Source: Acidobacteriota bacterium
GTDB lineage: Bacteria > Acidobacteriota > UBA6911 > RPQK01 > JAJDTT01
Reading direction: 5' to 3'
Assembly: GCA_965217775.1 (NCBI GenBank)
Contig: CBDCJH010000002.1
Location: 544,001 to 608,000 of the forward strand
DNA: 64,000 nucleotides
Under the pieces are notes generated by a model, which saw only the letters and a program-made list of their open reading frames with translations, made no database searches and had not been told where the DNA came from. The position numbers and the translations under genes were made by a program. The number at the start of each line of letters is the position of its first letter. Positions within the stretch are counted from its first letter, which is position 1. This document shows positions 28,791 to 39,826 of this stretch, piece by piece.

Positions 28791-31499
28791 TCAAGGTTCT
28801 TTCCACAGTGGCGCAAGGTCGGACAATGCGAGTTCAACCAACTGGAGCGTGCCGGCGACGTAACTCTCCTTGGCCCCTCCGGGCAGTGCAAAATCCAAGT
28901 CGTACCAGTTGTCACGGACGGCAGGACCGGGGAGGGCCTTGCCCGCGGCAAACGAGGCTGAAGCCGTGGCCAGATATTTCGCCAATTTCTCGAGTGTGGC
29001 GTCGGGGTCATCCAAGGGATACGGTGGGGTCCCCATCCTAGGGAAAACGAGACGCGCGTCCACCCGGGGACGTCCTGCGATCAGTGTCTTCACGGCAAAC
29101 GCGTAGAGGCACCGCTGGAGTTCCGCTCCACGTTTGATCTGTGGAGGACGGCCGTGCAGCTTGCCTGATTTGTAGTCGGTGACCCTCGCATCGCATTTGT
29201 TCCCAGCAAGGTCGAGGCGGTCGATGGATCCACCGATACGCATCTTCGTGCCGGGTATTTCGACTTCGGATCGGGAGTCCCACGGCAAACGGGCACGGTA
29301 TTCGTCGCCCAGGGTCTCCATCCAGGGGCCACCTCCAAAGGGGACTTCCGCCCAACTGTGCTGCCCCGGCAAGGGTTCCTCGTCGAGCATCAATGCCAAC
29401 TGGCCCAATTTCGCCACTTCCTCCAGTTCTCGTCTCCAGATGGCGGGCGGTGGCACGGGGCGAGATTCATCCCACCGGGCTCTCACCACGCTCGTGGAAA
29501 GGAGCACGAACTCTTCTATTTCGTCAGCCGAAGCGGCTGCAAAACCAGGAGCTCCAGGCTCCTCCAGCCGAGTCACAGTCTCTTGGAGGATCTCGTGCAA
29601 GAGGGTGCCGAAAGCGAGCGCGTCCAGGATGAGCGGCTCGTCCGTTTCCTCGGGAGCTCTCCATCCGAACCCATAAGTCCAGAGGTATCCCAACGGGTCA
29701 CGCAGCAGTTTGGCCAATGAAGTCGCGGATTGCCGGCGGTCCAGGGCACGGAGTAGTAGCGGATGATTCTTTCTGATCAGACCGTCGTGGCCGGTCAGTT
29801 CGGAACAATGCCAATCGGTCCAGGTCTGACGGGCCGATCGGGCGCGAGGCCGCCGGCTGAACTCCTGGGGCCGAGCCATCAATCGGTCGCTTTCGCTGGC
29901 GGCGTGCTCCGGCTCCCGACTCTGCGCCAGGTAGGTTTCGCCCAGCCCGTGGGGGTAAAGGGGAGAGACTCCGTTGAGCCGTCCTTCGCTGTTCCGCCGG
30001 GCCCTGGAGCAGACGATTTCGGAATCGGTCAAGCGCAGGATGGTCTCGAAGTCGCGACGATCTGCTTCGTGGACCGGCAGGGGGTCGAGAAGCTCCGCTT
30101 CGATGACGTGATTTGGCAGCAGAGGATCTTCCGCAGCGCGCCGCGGCCAGGAGCGCGAGGTCAGGCCGAGCATCCGGCAGAACGGTCGAGGTGCGGCGGA
30201 AATAGCCGAAGCGGGCCCCCAGACCATGGCGGCGCCGGGCTCGACCTGGTCATCGACTCGCAGCCCGGTCAGGGTGATGTCGAGCGCCGCCGGCGGCCCT
30301 TCCATCAGCGCCTTGCGCCACAATTGGAACGCCCTTCCCACCAGCAGCCCTTCGCCGACGGTCGATGCTTCTTGCAGTCCCTGCGCCAGAGTCCCGATGA
30401 CCTCCTGCAGAAGCGGCCGGCAGTCGCCGTCCGGGGACTCCGATTGGCTCATTTTGTCAATTGCCCGACGCCAACCGGTGGCATCCAACAACGGGGCTTC
30501 CTCCGGCAATGACCGCCACCAATTGCCCGGAAGCGCTTCAAAGCGTTTGTTTCGGGAGCGGAGGAGTGCCGCCAAACGGACGACGCGAGTGCGCGAGAAT
30601 CCGCGCAGCAGGACCTCGGCGAGGGCCGCGGCAAGTTGCCCGTCAGCCGTCGACAGCGCAGCCCGGCCATGAATGAAATGAAGCGGCAGATTGGCCGCTT
30701 CCCCCAAGGCCAGCATGTGATCGTCCCAGTTCTGCGGAGAGGCCGCGGTGATGGCAATCTGCTGGGGCAATGCGCCTCGGGCAAGATGACGCCGAGCCCA
30801 CCGCAGAGCTTCCAAGACCTCGTGGCGTGGACTGGCGCAGGATAGAGCCCGGATCGTGGGGCTTGCCTTTGGAGCTTTCTCCACGTCGATGCCGAATTCG
30901 CGGAGCCAATCTGGCGTCTCCCTCGCCCCGGCTACCCAAACCACTTCCGTTTCGCGGCTGATGAGGGACAGAAGAGGCCGCCAGACCGGAGACATTTCGG
31001 TACGGCCGTGAATCTCGACCCGGCCGAAGATCGCGGGAGCATGAGCTGCACGCTTTGCCGCAGCCTCCGCCAGATCTCGCGGGCGGAGCTGATTGTCTCG
31101 TAGACGGGAGAGCACTTCCCGCTCGAGGATAGCCAGCGAATGGAGTCGAACTCCCGCCGGCTCGCTGGCCGCGTTGGCGGCTTCCTCTTGCAGTATGAGA
31201 CCCGCACTCCACGCCTTGGACAGACTCGCCGCTGCCGCCCGTTGAAAACCAGGCAGCGTCTTGATGCCGTCCAACTCGCCCAGCGGTTCGGAAACGGCTG
31301 ACGCAACCGCGATCTTCAGGGCATCCGGGTCGATGGGTCGCAGGAAGCCTCCGGCCAAACGGGCCGCAAGCTGCTCCATGGTCAGGAGCCCCAGACCCTG
31401 GTCGCCGTCCAAAGCCGCTTGTGTCCGATGACTCCGCCATCCGTAGCGGCTGTGAACCACCAGCGTCTTGCGGACTCTGTTCCTCGACTCTCGGATCAA
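28791..31499 (-). CDS. AddB-like PD-(D/E)xK nuclease protein
   Basis: SATSL..LLRDPLGY, FGTLLHEIL, AEVPFG, GSIDRLDL...VTDYKSG, LQRCLYA; start uncertain. Confidence 0.85.
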   Translation of the reverse strand: MIRESRNRVRKTLVVHSRYGWRSHRTQAALDGDQGLGLLTMEQLAARLAGGFLRPIDPDALKIAVASAVSEPLGELDGIKTLPGFQRAAAASLSKAWSAGLILQEEAANAASEPAGVRLHSLAILEREVLSRLRDNQLRPRDLAEAAAKRAAHAPAIFGRVEIHGRTEMSPVWRPLLSLISRETEVVWVAGARETPDWLREFGIDVEKAPKASPTIRALSCASPRHEVLEALRWARRHLARGALPQQIAITAASPQNWDDHMLALGEAANLPLHFIHGRAALSTADGQLAAALAEVLLRGFSRTRVVRLAALLRSRNKRFEALPGNWWRSLPEEAPLLDATGWRRAIDKMSQSESPDGDCRPLLQEVIGTLAQGLQEASTVGEGLLVGRAFQLWRKALMEGPPAALDITLTGLRVDDQVEPGAAMVWGPASAISAAPRPFCRMLGLTSRSWPRRAAEDPLLPNHVIEAELLDPLPVHEADRRDFETILRLTDSEIVCSRARRNSEGRLNGVSPLYPHGLGETYLAQSREPEHAASESDRLMARPQEFSRRPRARSARQTWTDWHCSELTGHDGLIRKNHPLLLRALDRRQSATSLAKLLRDPLGYLWTYGFGWRAPEETDEPLILDALAFGTLLHEILQETVTRLEEPGAPGFAAASADEIEEFVLLSTSVVRARWDESRPVPPPAIWRRELEEVAKLGQLALMLDEEPLPGQHSWAEVPFGGGPWMETLGDEYRARLPWDSRSEVEIPGTKMRIGGSIDRLDLAGNKCDARVTDYKSGKLHGRPPQIKRGAELQRCLYAFAVKTLIAGRPRVDARLVFPRMGTPPYPLDDPDATLEKLAKYLATASASFAAGKALPGPAVRDNWYDLDFALPGGAKESYVAGTLQLVELALSDLAPLWKEP

Positions 31500-31736
31500 T
31501 GGTTTCGCCTTCCTTACCCGCCAGTAACGTGAGACGGGCCGATAACCCGTGGACAGATTCTACGTGAATCCAAGCCCCGCTACGCCTAAACTACTCGCCT
31601 TTCCTTCCTCCTTTCTCTTTTCTATTCCCTAATACTTGAACGGGACTGCTAAACTGGCCGTCAAAAAGGTGTCGGCGGGAGGCGTGTCCCAGTGCCGGCC
31701 CGAGCAGAAGTCCGGGGCTGGACTCAAACCGGAAGT

Positions 31737-33632
31737 ATGAACCCGAAACTTCGTGCGCTGATGATGTTGGCGTCGATCCTGATGCCGGCGTTTGCAGGAG
31801 TGCCGTTTGCCCAGGAATCGCCCCAGGTGCTTGCCGACCAGTCCCTGGCGGAAGCGGACAAGCACCTGGGCCAAGGTGATCATCAGGCCGCCAGAGAGGC
31901 CATGAGCCAGGCGCTGGCCCTGCACCGGCAGCATGGGATCGAGTTGCCCCCCGGGTTCTATCTCAGATATGGACAGATCCTGAACCTGGGCGGCGCGTCC
32001 GCGGAAGCCATGGAGGCGCTTCAACGCTACCTGGCCACTGGCGTCAGCGGCCGAACTCGCAAGCAGGCGTTGGCGCTCATGGCGAGGGTGGCGGCCGAGC
32101 GTCTGTGGGCCGAAGCCAGGACGGGCAGCAACCCCGGTTTGATCCGCATCCTGATTGCCGCCGGGGCCGACCCCAAGGTCCAGGACGCAAGTGGCGAGAC
32201 GCCGTTGCACTATGCAGCCTGGAGCAACCGCAACACCGGCGTCGTCCAAGCCGTCATCGCCGGTGGCGCCAAGGTCAACACCAAGGACCGGAATGGCTAT
32301 ACCCCCCTGCACAACGCGGCTTGGAACAATCCCAATCCCCAGGTGATCCAGGCATTGATCGGTGCCGGCGCCAAGGTCAACGCCAAGGACGAGGACGGAG
32401 CGACGCCCTTGCACCTGGCGGTCAGCAGCAACGAGAACCCGGCGGTGGTCCGGGCCCTGGTTGCCGCCAGAGCCAATCGCAATGCCAAGGACGACGAGGG
32501 AGTGACGCCCTTGCACCTGGCCGTCAGTCACCCCGGCAAGTTCGAGGTGCTCAAAGTGTTGCTGAAAGCCCGAGTCAAGCTGAACGTCAAGGACGACTAC
32601 GGGACCACCGCGCTCCACTGGGCCATCGGCGACAATGGAAGCCGTGAGATGGTGCAGGCGTTGTTGTCCGCCGGAGCCGACGTCAACAAGCGAGACGATG
32701 TCTCCGACACGCCCCTGCACTATGCCGCCCGCTACAATCAGGATCCGTTGGTCGTAGGCCTGTTGCTGAAACATGGCGCCAAGATCAACGCCAGGAACAA
32801 TGCCGGTGACATTCCGCTGCACCATGCCGCGGGTGACAACCGGGATCCGAATGTGGTCAAGGTCCTGATCCGGGCTGGCGCGAAGGTCAATGCGAAGAAC
32901 GGATCAGGTTTTACTCCGATTCTCAGCGCAGCCATGTTCAGCCGGAATCCCGAAGTATTAGGGGTGTTCCTGGGGTTGGGCATCAGCCCCAACGTCAGAG
33001 ACGCAAGCGGCAACGGCCTGCTGGACTACGCGGCGGAAATGAACGAGAGCCCGGGTATCGTGAAAATATTGATCGCGCACGGCGCGGATCCGAACCACCG
33101 GAACCGGAGCGCCGAGACCTCGCTGCACCGAGCGGCCGGGAACAACCCGAACCCGGAGGTGTTGAACGCGTTGCTAGCGGCCGGGGCCGTTCCCCAGGTC
33201 AAGAACAGGGACGGTAATACCCCGTTGCATTACGCGGCAGCCCAGAACCAGAATCCGGAAGTGGTGGAGGCATTGGTGGCGGCTGACGTCGACCTGGAGG
33301 TCAGGAATCGGAGAGGCGATGCTCCGCTGCACTATGCGGCTTGGAACAATGCGAACGCGGAAGTGGCGAAAAGTTTGTTGCTGGCCGGGGCGGACCCCGA
33401 TGCCAAGAGCCGCCGGGGAAACACTCCACTGCACTATGCGGCCCGGAACAACTCGAATCCCGACGTCGCGGAAGCGTTGTTGCTGGCTGGGGCCACAATG
33501 AACGCCAAGGGTGAAGAGGGAATGACACCGTTGGACGTGGCGCGGAAATACAACGAATCCGTCGCGGCTGTGTTGCAGTATCCTCCAAGCGCCGAAGAAA
33601 GGGTCCCTGCGCCCGCCAAACCGGAAGAATGA
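31737..33632 (+). CDS. Secreted ankyrin-repeat protein with N-terminal TPR-like helical domain
   Basis: Signal-peptide-like N-terminus; about 14 repeats of 34 aa (TPLH.AA..N.NP.V...L..AGA.VN). Confidence 0.9.
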   Translation: MNPKLRALMMLASILMPAFAGVPFAQESPQVLADQSLAEADKHLGQGDHQAAREAMSQALALHRQHGIELPPGFYLRYGQILNLGGASAEAMEALQRYLATGVSGRTRKQALALMARVAAERLWAEARTGSNPGLIRILIAAGADPKVQDASGETPLHYAAWSNRNTGVVQAVIAGGAKVNTKDRNGYTPLHNAAWNNPNPQVIQALIGAGAKVNAKDEDGATPLHLAVSSNENPAVVRALVAARANRNAKDDEGVTPLHLAVSHPGKFEVLKVLLKARVKLNVKDDYGTTALHWAIGDNGSREMVQALLSAGADVNKRDDVSDTPLHYAARYNQDPLVVGLLLKHGAKINARNNAGDIPLHHAAGDNRDPNVVKVLIRAGAKVNAKNGSGFTPILSAAMFSRNPEVLGVFLGLGISPNVRDASGNGLLDYAAEMNESPGIVKILIAHGADPNHRNRSAETSLHRAAGNNPNPEVLNALLAAGAVPQVKNRDGNTPLHYAAAQNQNPEVVEALVAADVDLEVRNRRGDAPLHYAAWNNANAEVAKSLLLAGADPDAKSRRGNTPLHYAARNNSNPDVAEALLLAGATMNAKGEEGMTPLDVARKYNESVAAVLQYPPSAEERVPAPAKPEE

Positions 33633-35194
33633 ATCGGAAATTTCGAGTACTTGTGGTCGTGGCATCGACCCTGATCCCGGCGTCCAACGGCTATTCGGCT
33701 GCCCGGAAGTCGCCTCAGACGCAGATGAACCAAGCCTTGGCAAAGGTGCCGGGCGAACGGCTCTTCATCGAGGCCAGGACGGGCAGTGATCCCGGAATGA
33801 TTCGAAGATTGCTGGCCGCCGGCGCGAACCCCAACACCCGAAACGAGAGCGGCGAGACCCCTTTGCACAATGCGGGCTGGAGCAACGGCGACCCCGCCGT
33901 GGTCCGAGCCATCATCGCCGGGGGAGCCGACGTCAACGCCAAGGACCGTGATGGTTACACTCCGCTGCACAACGCGGCCTGGAACAACCGGAATCCCCAG
34001 GTCATCCAGGCGTTGATCCGCGCCGGCGCCAAGGTCAACGCCAAGGACAAGGATGGATTGACGCCGCTGCATCTGGCGGTCAGCAGCAATGAAAACCCCA
34101 AGGTGGTTCGGGTACTGGTCTCTGCCGGCGCCAAACTCGACGCCAAGGATCGCGAGGGAGTGACGCCCTCACATTTTGCCATCAGCCATCCAGGCAAGGC
34201 CCAAGTACTCAAGACTCTGCTGGAATCCGGTGCCAGGTTGGACCTCAAGGACCATTACGGAACCGCGCCCCTGCACTGGGCCATCGGTGATGGTGGAAGC
34301 AGTGAGTTGATCGAGACGTTGTTGTCCGCTGGTGCCGACGCCAACCGGAGAGGCGAGCGTGACGACACTCCCTTGCACTATGCCGCAAGATACGGCAGCG
34401 ATGCGGAGATCGTTCGGGTGTTGCTGGCAGCGGGTGCCAAAGTCAACTCCAGAAACGTGGCGGGGGAGACCCCGTTGCACCATGCGGCCATGTACAACGG
34501 GAATCCGGAGGCGGTGAAAGTCCTGGTCGCCGCCGGTGCGCACATCAACGCGAAGTGTAATGCCTGGATGACCCCGGTGGAGTATGCAGCGAGTTATCAT
34601 CAGGATGCGAGTGTGATCGAAACGCTGATCGCTGCCGGCGCTCGACTGAAGAAACACAGTTGGTACACGGCGACTCCGGTATCGACCGTTTTGCATCAAG
34701 CAGCAGAATCTAACGCGAACCCGAAAGTGGTCGAGGCGTTGCTGACCACCGGACTCGGCGTCAATTCCAAAATCAAAGGTGGCAATCGTCCGCTGCATTT
34801 CGCTGCGGCACACAACCGGAATCCGGACGTGGTCGAATTGCTTTTGGTAGCGGGAGCGGACGCGAACGCCAGGAACAAGTCTGGGTTCGCCCCACTGCAC
34901 TATGCGGTCCTGAACGGGAACATCGAAGTATTGGAACGGTTGCTGGCCACCGGCGCGGATCCCAATGCCAGGAACAGCAGGGGGGATTCCCCGCTGCACT
35001 ATGTGGTGTGGAGCAACTCGAAACCGGCGGTAGCGGAAGTATTGCTGGCCGCCGGTGCCGACCCGAACCTCAGACGAAAAAGCGGCGAGTCTCCATTGGA
35101 CGTGGCGCGGCAGCACAACCGTGCAGTTCTGGAGGTTCTGTTGGCGACGCCTGTGCCCGGCGGAAAGGGGCCGGCAGCAACGGAACAAGAGTAG
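33629..35194 (+). CDS. Secreted ankyrin-repeat protein (paralog of the upstream gene)
   Basis: Signal-peptide-like N-terminus; about 13 ankyrin repeats; ATGA overlap. Confidence 0.9.
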   Translation: MNRKFRVLVVVASTLIPASNGYSAARKSPQTQMNQALAKVPGERLFIEARTGSDPGMIRRLLAAGANPNTRNESGETPLHNAGWSNGDPAVVRAIIAGGADVNAKDRDGYTPLHNAAWNNRNPQVIQALIRAGAKVNAKDKDGLTPLHLAVSSNENPKVVRVLVSAGAKLDAKDREGVTPSHFAISHPGKAQVLKTLLESGARLDLKDHYGTAPLHWAIGDGGSSELIETLLSAGADANRRGERDDTPLHYAARYGSDAEIVRVLLAAGAKVNSRNVAGETPLHHAAMYNGNPEAVKVLVAAGAHINAKCNAWMTPVEYAASYHQDASVIETLIAAGARLKKHSWYTATPVSTVLHQAAESNANPKVVEALLTTGLGVNSKIKGGNRPLHFAAAHNRNPDVVELLLVAGADANARNKSGFAPLHYAVLNGNIEVLERLLATGADPNARNSRGDSPLHYVVWSNSKPAVAEVLLAAGADPNLRRKSGESPLDVARQHNRAVLEVLLATPVPGGKGPAATEQE

Positions 35195-35335
35195 ATTCCT
35201 CGATAAAGGAAAGATGAGCCTGTATCCTGACGGGTGCAGAGCCCGGGGCATTGCAGCTCCGCACTTTGACTTTCCCGGGAGACTCTAATACGGCCTGCGC
35301 GCGGGTACCGGCCCGTAACTGAAGGGAGCGAACAC

Positions 35336-36097
35336 ATGAAGGGAACCATCTTCGATCTGAGCGACCGGACCGCGTTGATCACCGGCGGCAGCCAGGGGTT
35401 GGGTAGAGCCATGGCCCACGGGTTGGCGCAGGCCGGCGCCGAGGTGATGATCAGCAGCCGCGGGGAGGAAGGTCTGCGGGCGACGGCCGCCGGGGTCCCG
35501 GATGGGACCATTCACTACCACGTGGCCGACATGACCTCCAGGGAACAGGTTCGCTCGCTGGCGGAGACCGCGCTCGAAGTCATGGGAAGGGTGGACATCC
35601 TGGTCAACAACGCCGGCTGCAACACACCCGAGGCCATCGACGAGATCAGCGACGAGATCTGGGACCGGACTCTGGAGCTGAATCTCACCTCCTGCATGGC
35701 GCTCACCCGGGCGCTGGCCCCCCAGATGAAGGCCAGGCGATGGGGCCGGATCATCCACATCTCCTCCATCATGGGGTTGGGTTCCAAGGAGAAACGCAAC
35801 TCCTATTCGACCACCAAGGCGGCGTTGCTCGGACTCTGCCGCGCCAGCGCCCTGGACCTGGGGGCCTACAACGTGACCGTCAACTGCCTGGCACCGGGGC
35901 CCTTCCTCACCGAGATGCCGGGAAGCCTGCTCAGTCCAGCGGAGAAGCAGGTCTTTTCGGATCGCACGGCTCTCGGCCGCTGGGCCGAACCCAAGGAGCT
36001 GGTGGGGCCGGCCCTCTTGATGGCCAGCGAGGCGGGAAGCTACATCACCGGAACCGTCCTGGTGGTGGACGGTGGAGTGCTCTGCAAGACGTTCTGA
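35336..36097 (+). CDS. SDR family oxidoreductase
   Basis: [17 protein letters not shown]. Confidence 0.9.
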   Translation: MKGTIFDLSDRTALITGGSQGLGRAMAHGLAQAGAEVMISSRGEEGLRATAAGVPDGTIHYHVADMTSREQVRSLAETALEVMGRVDILVNNAGCNTPEAIDEISDEIWDRTLELNLTSCMALTRALAPQMKARRWGRIIHISSIMGLGSKEKRNSYSTTKAALLGLCRASALDLGAYNVTVNCLAPGPFLTEMPGSLLSPAEKQVFSDRTALGRWAEPKELVGPALLMASEAGSYITGTVLVVDGGVLCKTF

Positions 36098-36205
36098 GCC
36101 TGGCTCCCCGCATCGAGCGCCCCCATTTCGACGTGCCGCGAGTCCTGAACCGATCAGTTTGGGATCCGTCTGTTTCCCGGTCCGGGAGGGATGTGGGACG
36201 GGGGC

Positions 36206-36214
36206 TGTTACAAT
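36206..36214 (+). promoter_or_regulatory. Candidate extended -10 promoter for lepA
   Basis: TG-T-TACAAT upstream of lepA. Confidence 0.4.
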
Positions 36215-36287
36215 AGCCACCCGTGACACCGAACTCCGGGCAATCCGGCCCTCGGTTCGCTCCCGGCGAGAAATGAAGAGTACCCCC

Positions 36288-38090
36288 ATGGCCCAGTCCC
36301 GGATCCGGAACTTCTGCATCATCGCCCACATCGACCACGGGAAGTCGACTCTGGCCGATCGGCTGCTGGAGGCGACCCACACGGTGGATGCCCGGCAGAT
36401 GAGAGAACAGGTCCTGGACCAGATGGAACTGGAGCGGGAACGGGGAATCACCATCAAGATGGCGGCGGTTCGACTGGATTACCGGGCCGCGGACGGTCTC
36501 GATTACGAGTTGAATCTCATCGACACTCCAGGCCACGTTGACTTCTCCTACGAGGTGTCGCGCAGTCTGGCCGCCTGCGAGGGAGCCATCCTGGTGGTGG
36601 ACGCCGCGCAGGGGGTCGAGGCTCAGACCCTGGCCAACGTGAGCCTGGCCATGAATCACGATTTGGCCATCCTGCCGGTCATCAACAAGATCGACCTGCC
36701 CGCGGCGGATCCGGATCGGGTCATGGAGGAGATGGACGAGACCCTGGCTGTGGACGTGTTCGAGTGTGTGCTGGCCAGCGCCAAAGAAGGGCTGGGCATC
36801 GACGAAGTCCTGGAGGGTGTGATTCACAATATACCGCCACCTCCGGGAAACCCGGCGGCGCCCCTGCAGGCGCTCATCTTCGACAGCCATTTCGATACCT
36901 ACCTGGGAATCATCGCCTACGTGCGGGTCGTCAACGGCGTGCTGAAGCGAGGAATGCGGATTCGCATGATGGCCTCGGGTAGGGAGGCGGAGGCGGCGGG
37001 AGTCGGCGTCTTCGCTCCGGAACGGAAAGAGACCGGGATCCTCGAGGCCGGTCAGGTCGGTTTCGTCCACGCCGGCCTCAAGTCCATCGGAGACTGCCGG
37101 GTGGGAGAGACCATCACCGCGGCTGCCAACCCGGCGCTGGAGGCCCTCCCCGGTTACCGCCAGAGCCGGCCCATGGTCTTTTGCGGCCTCTACCCGGTCA
37201 ACAGCAATCGCTATTCCGATCTCCGCGAGTCCCTGAATCGGCTCCAGCTCAACGATGCGTCCCTCTCCTTCGAACCCGAGAGCTCGGCGGCGCTGGGCTT
37301 CGGTTTCCGTTGCGGTTTCCTGGGTCTGCTCCACAGCGAGATCATTCAGGAGCGGTTGGAGCGGGAGTTCAACCTGGAGTTGGTGGCCACCTGTCCGTCG
37401 GTGGTCTACCGGGTGACCTGCAAGGACGGCTCGGTCATGGAGATCGACAACCCCACTCGCTGGCCCTCCCTGGGCGAGATCGAGGTCGTGGAGGAGCCCT
37501 ACGTTCTGGCCACCATCATCACGCCCAACAAGTCCATGAGCGTCTGCATGAACCTGTGCAAGGACCGGCGCGGCGTCTTCCGGAACCTGGATTCCAGCGG
37601 TCCGACGCGTGTGATTCTCAGCTTCGAACTTCCGTTGGCCGAGATTCTCATGGACTTCTTCGACACCCTGAAGAGCCGCACCCGCGGCTATGCCTCGTTC
37701 GACTACGAGCCCATGGGATATCGGGTCGGGGACTTGTCCAAGCTGGACATCCGGATCAACGGCCAGGGGGTCGACGCCCTGAGCTTCATCACTCACCGGA
37801 AACGGGCCTACGCTCGCGGGAAAGCGCTGGTCGGCCGGCTCAAGGACGTACTCCCCCAGCAGCTTTTCGAGATCCGGATCCAGGCGGCGCTGGGGTCCCG
37901 GGTCATTGCCGCCGAAAGCATTCGCGCCTTGCGGAAGAACGTCCTGGCCAAGTGCTACGGAGGAGACGTGACCCGGAAGCGGAAACTGTTGGAGATCCAG
38001 AAAGGGGGCAAACGAAGGATGAAGTCCATCGGCAGGGTCGATATTCCCCAGGAAGCGTTTCTCAGCGTGCTGCGGGTGGGAAACGAATAA
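36288..38090 (+). CDS. lepA: Elongation factor 4 (LepA)
   Basis: [47 protein letters not shown]. Confidence 0.97.
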   Translation: MAQSRIRNFCIIAHIDHGKSTLADRLLEATHTVDARQMREQVLDQMELERERGITIKMAAVRLDYRAADGLDYELNLIDTPGHVDFSYEVSRSLAACEGAILVVDAAQGVEAQTLANVSLAMNHDLAILPVINKIDLPAADPDRVMEEMDETLAVDVFECVLASAKEGLGIDEVLEGVIHNIPPPPGNPAAPLQALIFDSHFDTYLGIIAYVRVVNGVLKRGMRIRMMASGREAEAAGVGVFAPERKETGILEAGQVGFVHAGLKSIGDCRVGETITAAANPALEALPGYRQSRPMVFCGLYPVNSNRYSDLRESLNRLQLNDASLSFEPESSAALGFGFRCGFLGLLHSEIIQERLEREFNLELVATCPSVVYRVTCKDGSVMEIDNPTRWPSLGEIEVVEEPYVLATIITPNKSMSVCMNLCKDRRGVFRNLDSSGPTRVILSFELPLAEILMDFFDTLKSRTRGYASFDYEPMGYRVGDLSKLDIRINGQGVDALSFITHRKRAYARGKALVGRLKDVLPQQLFEIRIQAALGSRVIAAESIRALRKNVLAKCYGGDVTRKRKLLEIQKGGKRRMKSIGRVDIPQEAFLSVLRVGNE

Positions 38091-39266
38091 ATGCCGGAAC
38101 GGGGCGGTCCGGCTCAGGGGCTGGGAATTTATCTTCACATTCCCTTTTGCCGGCCCAAGTGTCCCTATTGCGACTTCAACTCGGGACCCCATCCGGAGGC
38201 GATGCGCCGCCGTTACCTCGAGGCCCTCAAGGAAGAGATCCGGACCAGCCCCTGGGCCGGGTATCCGGTTCCGGCCGTGTCGTTCGGAGGAGGAATCCCT
38301 TCGGAACTCGACCCCGTCGACGTTGCCTCCCTGGTGGAGGCAGTGCGAGGAGTCTTCCCGGTGGCCGACGATGCCGAGTGGAGTCTGGAGTGTACCCCCG
38401 ACACCGTCACGTTGGACTCCCTGAGGACGCTGAGGCGACAGGGCATCAATCGCCTGAGTCTGGGCGCCAGATCTTTCCGGGATCGTCATCTCCGCCGGTT
38501 GGGATGCCGCTACGATGTCCGGGGCATCCGGCGGAGCTGTGAGTGGGCCCGGACCGCCGGTTTCGACAACCTCAATCTGGATCTCCTCTACGGTCTCCCA
38601 GGTCAGACGCACGGAGAATGGATGGGGGATCTGGGGCAGGCGCTCGCCCTGGCCCCGGAGCACCTTTCCCTCTACAATCTCGTCGTCGAGGAGGGCACCG
38701 GATTGGCCCATTCCAGAGATGACGGTCAGCTTCCGGAGCCGGATGAGGAGACGGTCGCTCGGATCTATGAATCCGCGCTGGATCGCACCGCGGAGGCGGG
38801 TTACCTCCACTACCACGTCTCCAGTTTCGCCCGGCCCGGCCGGGAATGGCGGCAGGGGGAAATCTACTGGAAAGGCAGGGCCTGTCTGGGTCTGGGTGCG
38901 AGCGCTGCCTCCTTCGTCCATGGGACCCGGTGGACCAATACCTCCCGCCTGGAGTCCTATATCCAGGGAGTGCGGGCCCGGGCCGTGCCTCGGACCTCGG
39001 AGGAGCATCTTTCCGGACTTCGCGCGCTGGGCGAGGACATGCTCCTGGGCCTCGAGCGACGGGAGGGCGTCTCCCTTTCAAAACTGTCCGCGCGCTACGG
39101 TCGGGATGTCGGCCGGCTCTACCAGGAACCGTTGCGATTCCTGTCCGAAAACGGATTGATCTCCCAGGGGGACGATCGTGTGAGCTTGACGCGGCGGGGC
39201 CTGCTGCTCTCGGACGCCGTCACTGCGGAGTTTCTGGCTGTCCCGGAAGGGAGGCCCCCCCTGTGA
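38091..39266 (+). CDS. hemW: Radical SAM heme chaperone HemW-like
   Basis: YLHIPFCRPKCPYCDFNS, NRLSLG, DLLYGLPGQT; follows lepA. Confidence 0.8.
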   Translation: MPERGGPAQGLGIYLHIPFCRPKCPYCDFNSGPHPEAMRRRYLEALKEEIRTSPWAGYPVPAVSFGGGIPSELDPVDVASLVEAVRGVFPVADDAEWSLECTPDTVTLDSLRTLRRQGINRLSLGARSFRDRHLRRLGCRYDVRGIRRSCEWARTAGFDNLNLDLLYGLPGQTHGEWMGDLGQALALAPEHLSLYNLVVEEGTGLAHSRDDGQLPEPDEETVARIYESALDRTAEAGYLHYHVSSFARPGREWRQGEIYWKGRACLGLGASAASFVHGTRWTNTSRLESYIQGVRARAVPRTSEEHLSGLRALGEDMLLGLERREGVSLSKLSARYGRDVGRLYQEPLRFLSENGLISQGDDRVSLTRRGLLLSDAVTAEFLAVPEGRPPL

Positions 39267-39826
39267 GCCGGGTCTGCGTCTTCTGCGGCTCCAAGACGGG
39301 AAACCGGCCCCTCTACGTCGAAGCGGCCGGACGGTTGGGGCGCCGCCTGGCCGGCCGGGGTCACGACCTGGTCTACGGCGGTGGAGCAACCGGGCTGATG
39401 GGTGTGGTGGCCGATTCGGTCCTGGAGGCCGGGGGGGAGGCCATCGGTGTGATCCCCCGTTCCATGGCCACCCGGGAGGTGGCTCACCCGGGACTGACCC
39501 GAATGCACGTCGTCGCCACGATGCACGAACGGAAGGCGTTGATGGCGGAACTTGCCGACGCGTTCATCGCTCTTCCGGGAGGATTCGGGACCTTCGAGGA
39601 ACTGATGGAAATGATCACCTGGGCCCAGCTCGGCATTCACCGCAAGCCGGTGGGTCTGCTCAATGCCGATGGATACTTCGATCCCCTGGTGGAGATGTTC
39701 GACCGGGCCGTCCAGGAGGGTTTCGTTCGGCCCAAGTATCGATCCCTCTGCCGGGTCGGAGCCGACGTGGACGGACTACTCTCGAAGTTGGAGTCACGAC
39801 GGGGAGAGATATGCCGGGCAAGGTGA
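39263..39826 (+). CDS. LOG family (TIGR00730) protein
   Basis: VCVFCGS, LVYGGG..GLMG, MHERKALM, LPGGFGTFEE. Confidence 0.92.
   Translation: MSRVCVFCGSKTGNRPLYVEAAGRLGRRLAGRGHDLVYGGGATGLMGVVADSVLEAGGEAIGVIPRSMATREVAHPGLTRMHVVATMHERKALMAELADAFIALPGGFGTFEELMEMITWAQLGIHRKPVGLLNADGYFDPLVEMFDRAVQEGFVRPKYRSLCRVGADVDGLLSKLESRRGEICRAR

Noticed and set aside
32100-34560. Ankyrin paralog repeats as a DGR template/variable pair or a CRISPR array
   Set aside because: Both copies are coding, mismatches are mostly synonymous and not adenine-specific, and there is no reverse transcriptase or repeat-spacer structure. No CRISPR array was seen anywhere in the window.
36045-39008. 987-aa minus-strand ORF, and similar long ORFs such as 44944-47871 (+) and 61842-63422 (-)
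   Set aside because: Antisense shadows of lepA/hemW, lhr and the gldG-like gene, expected from high-GC codon bias; no motifs.
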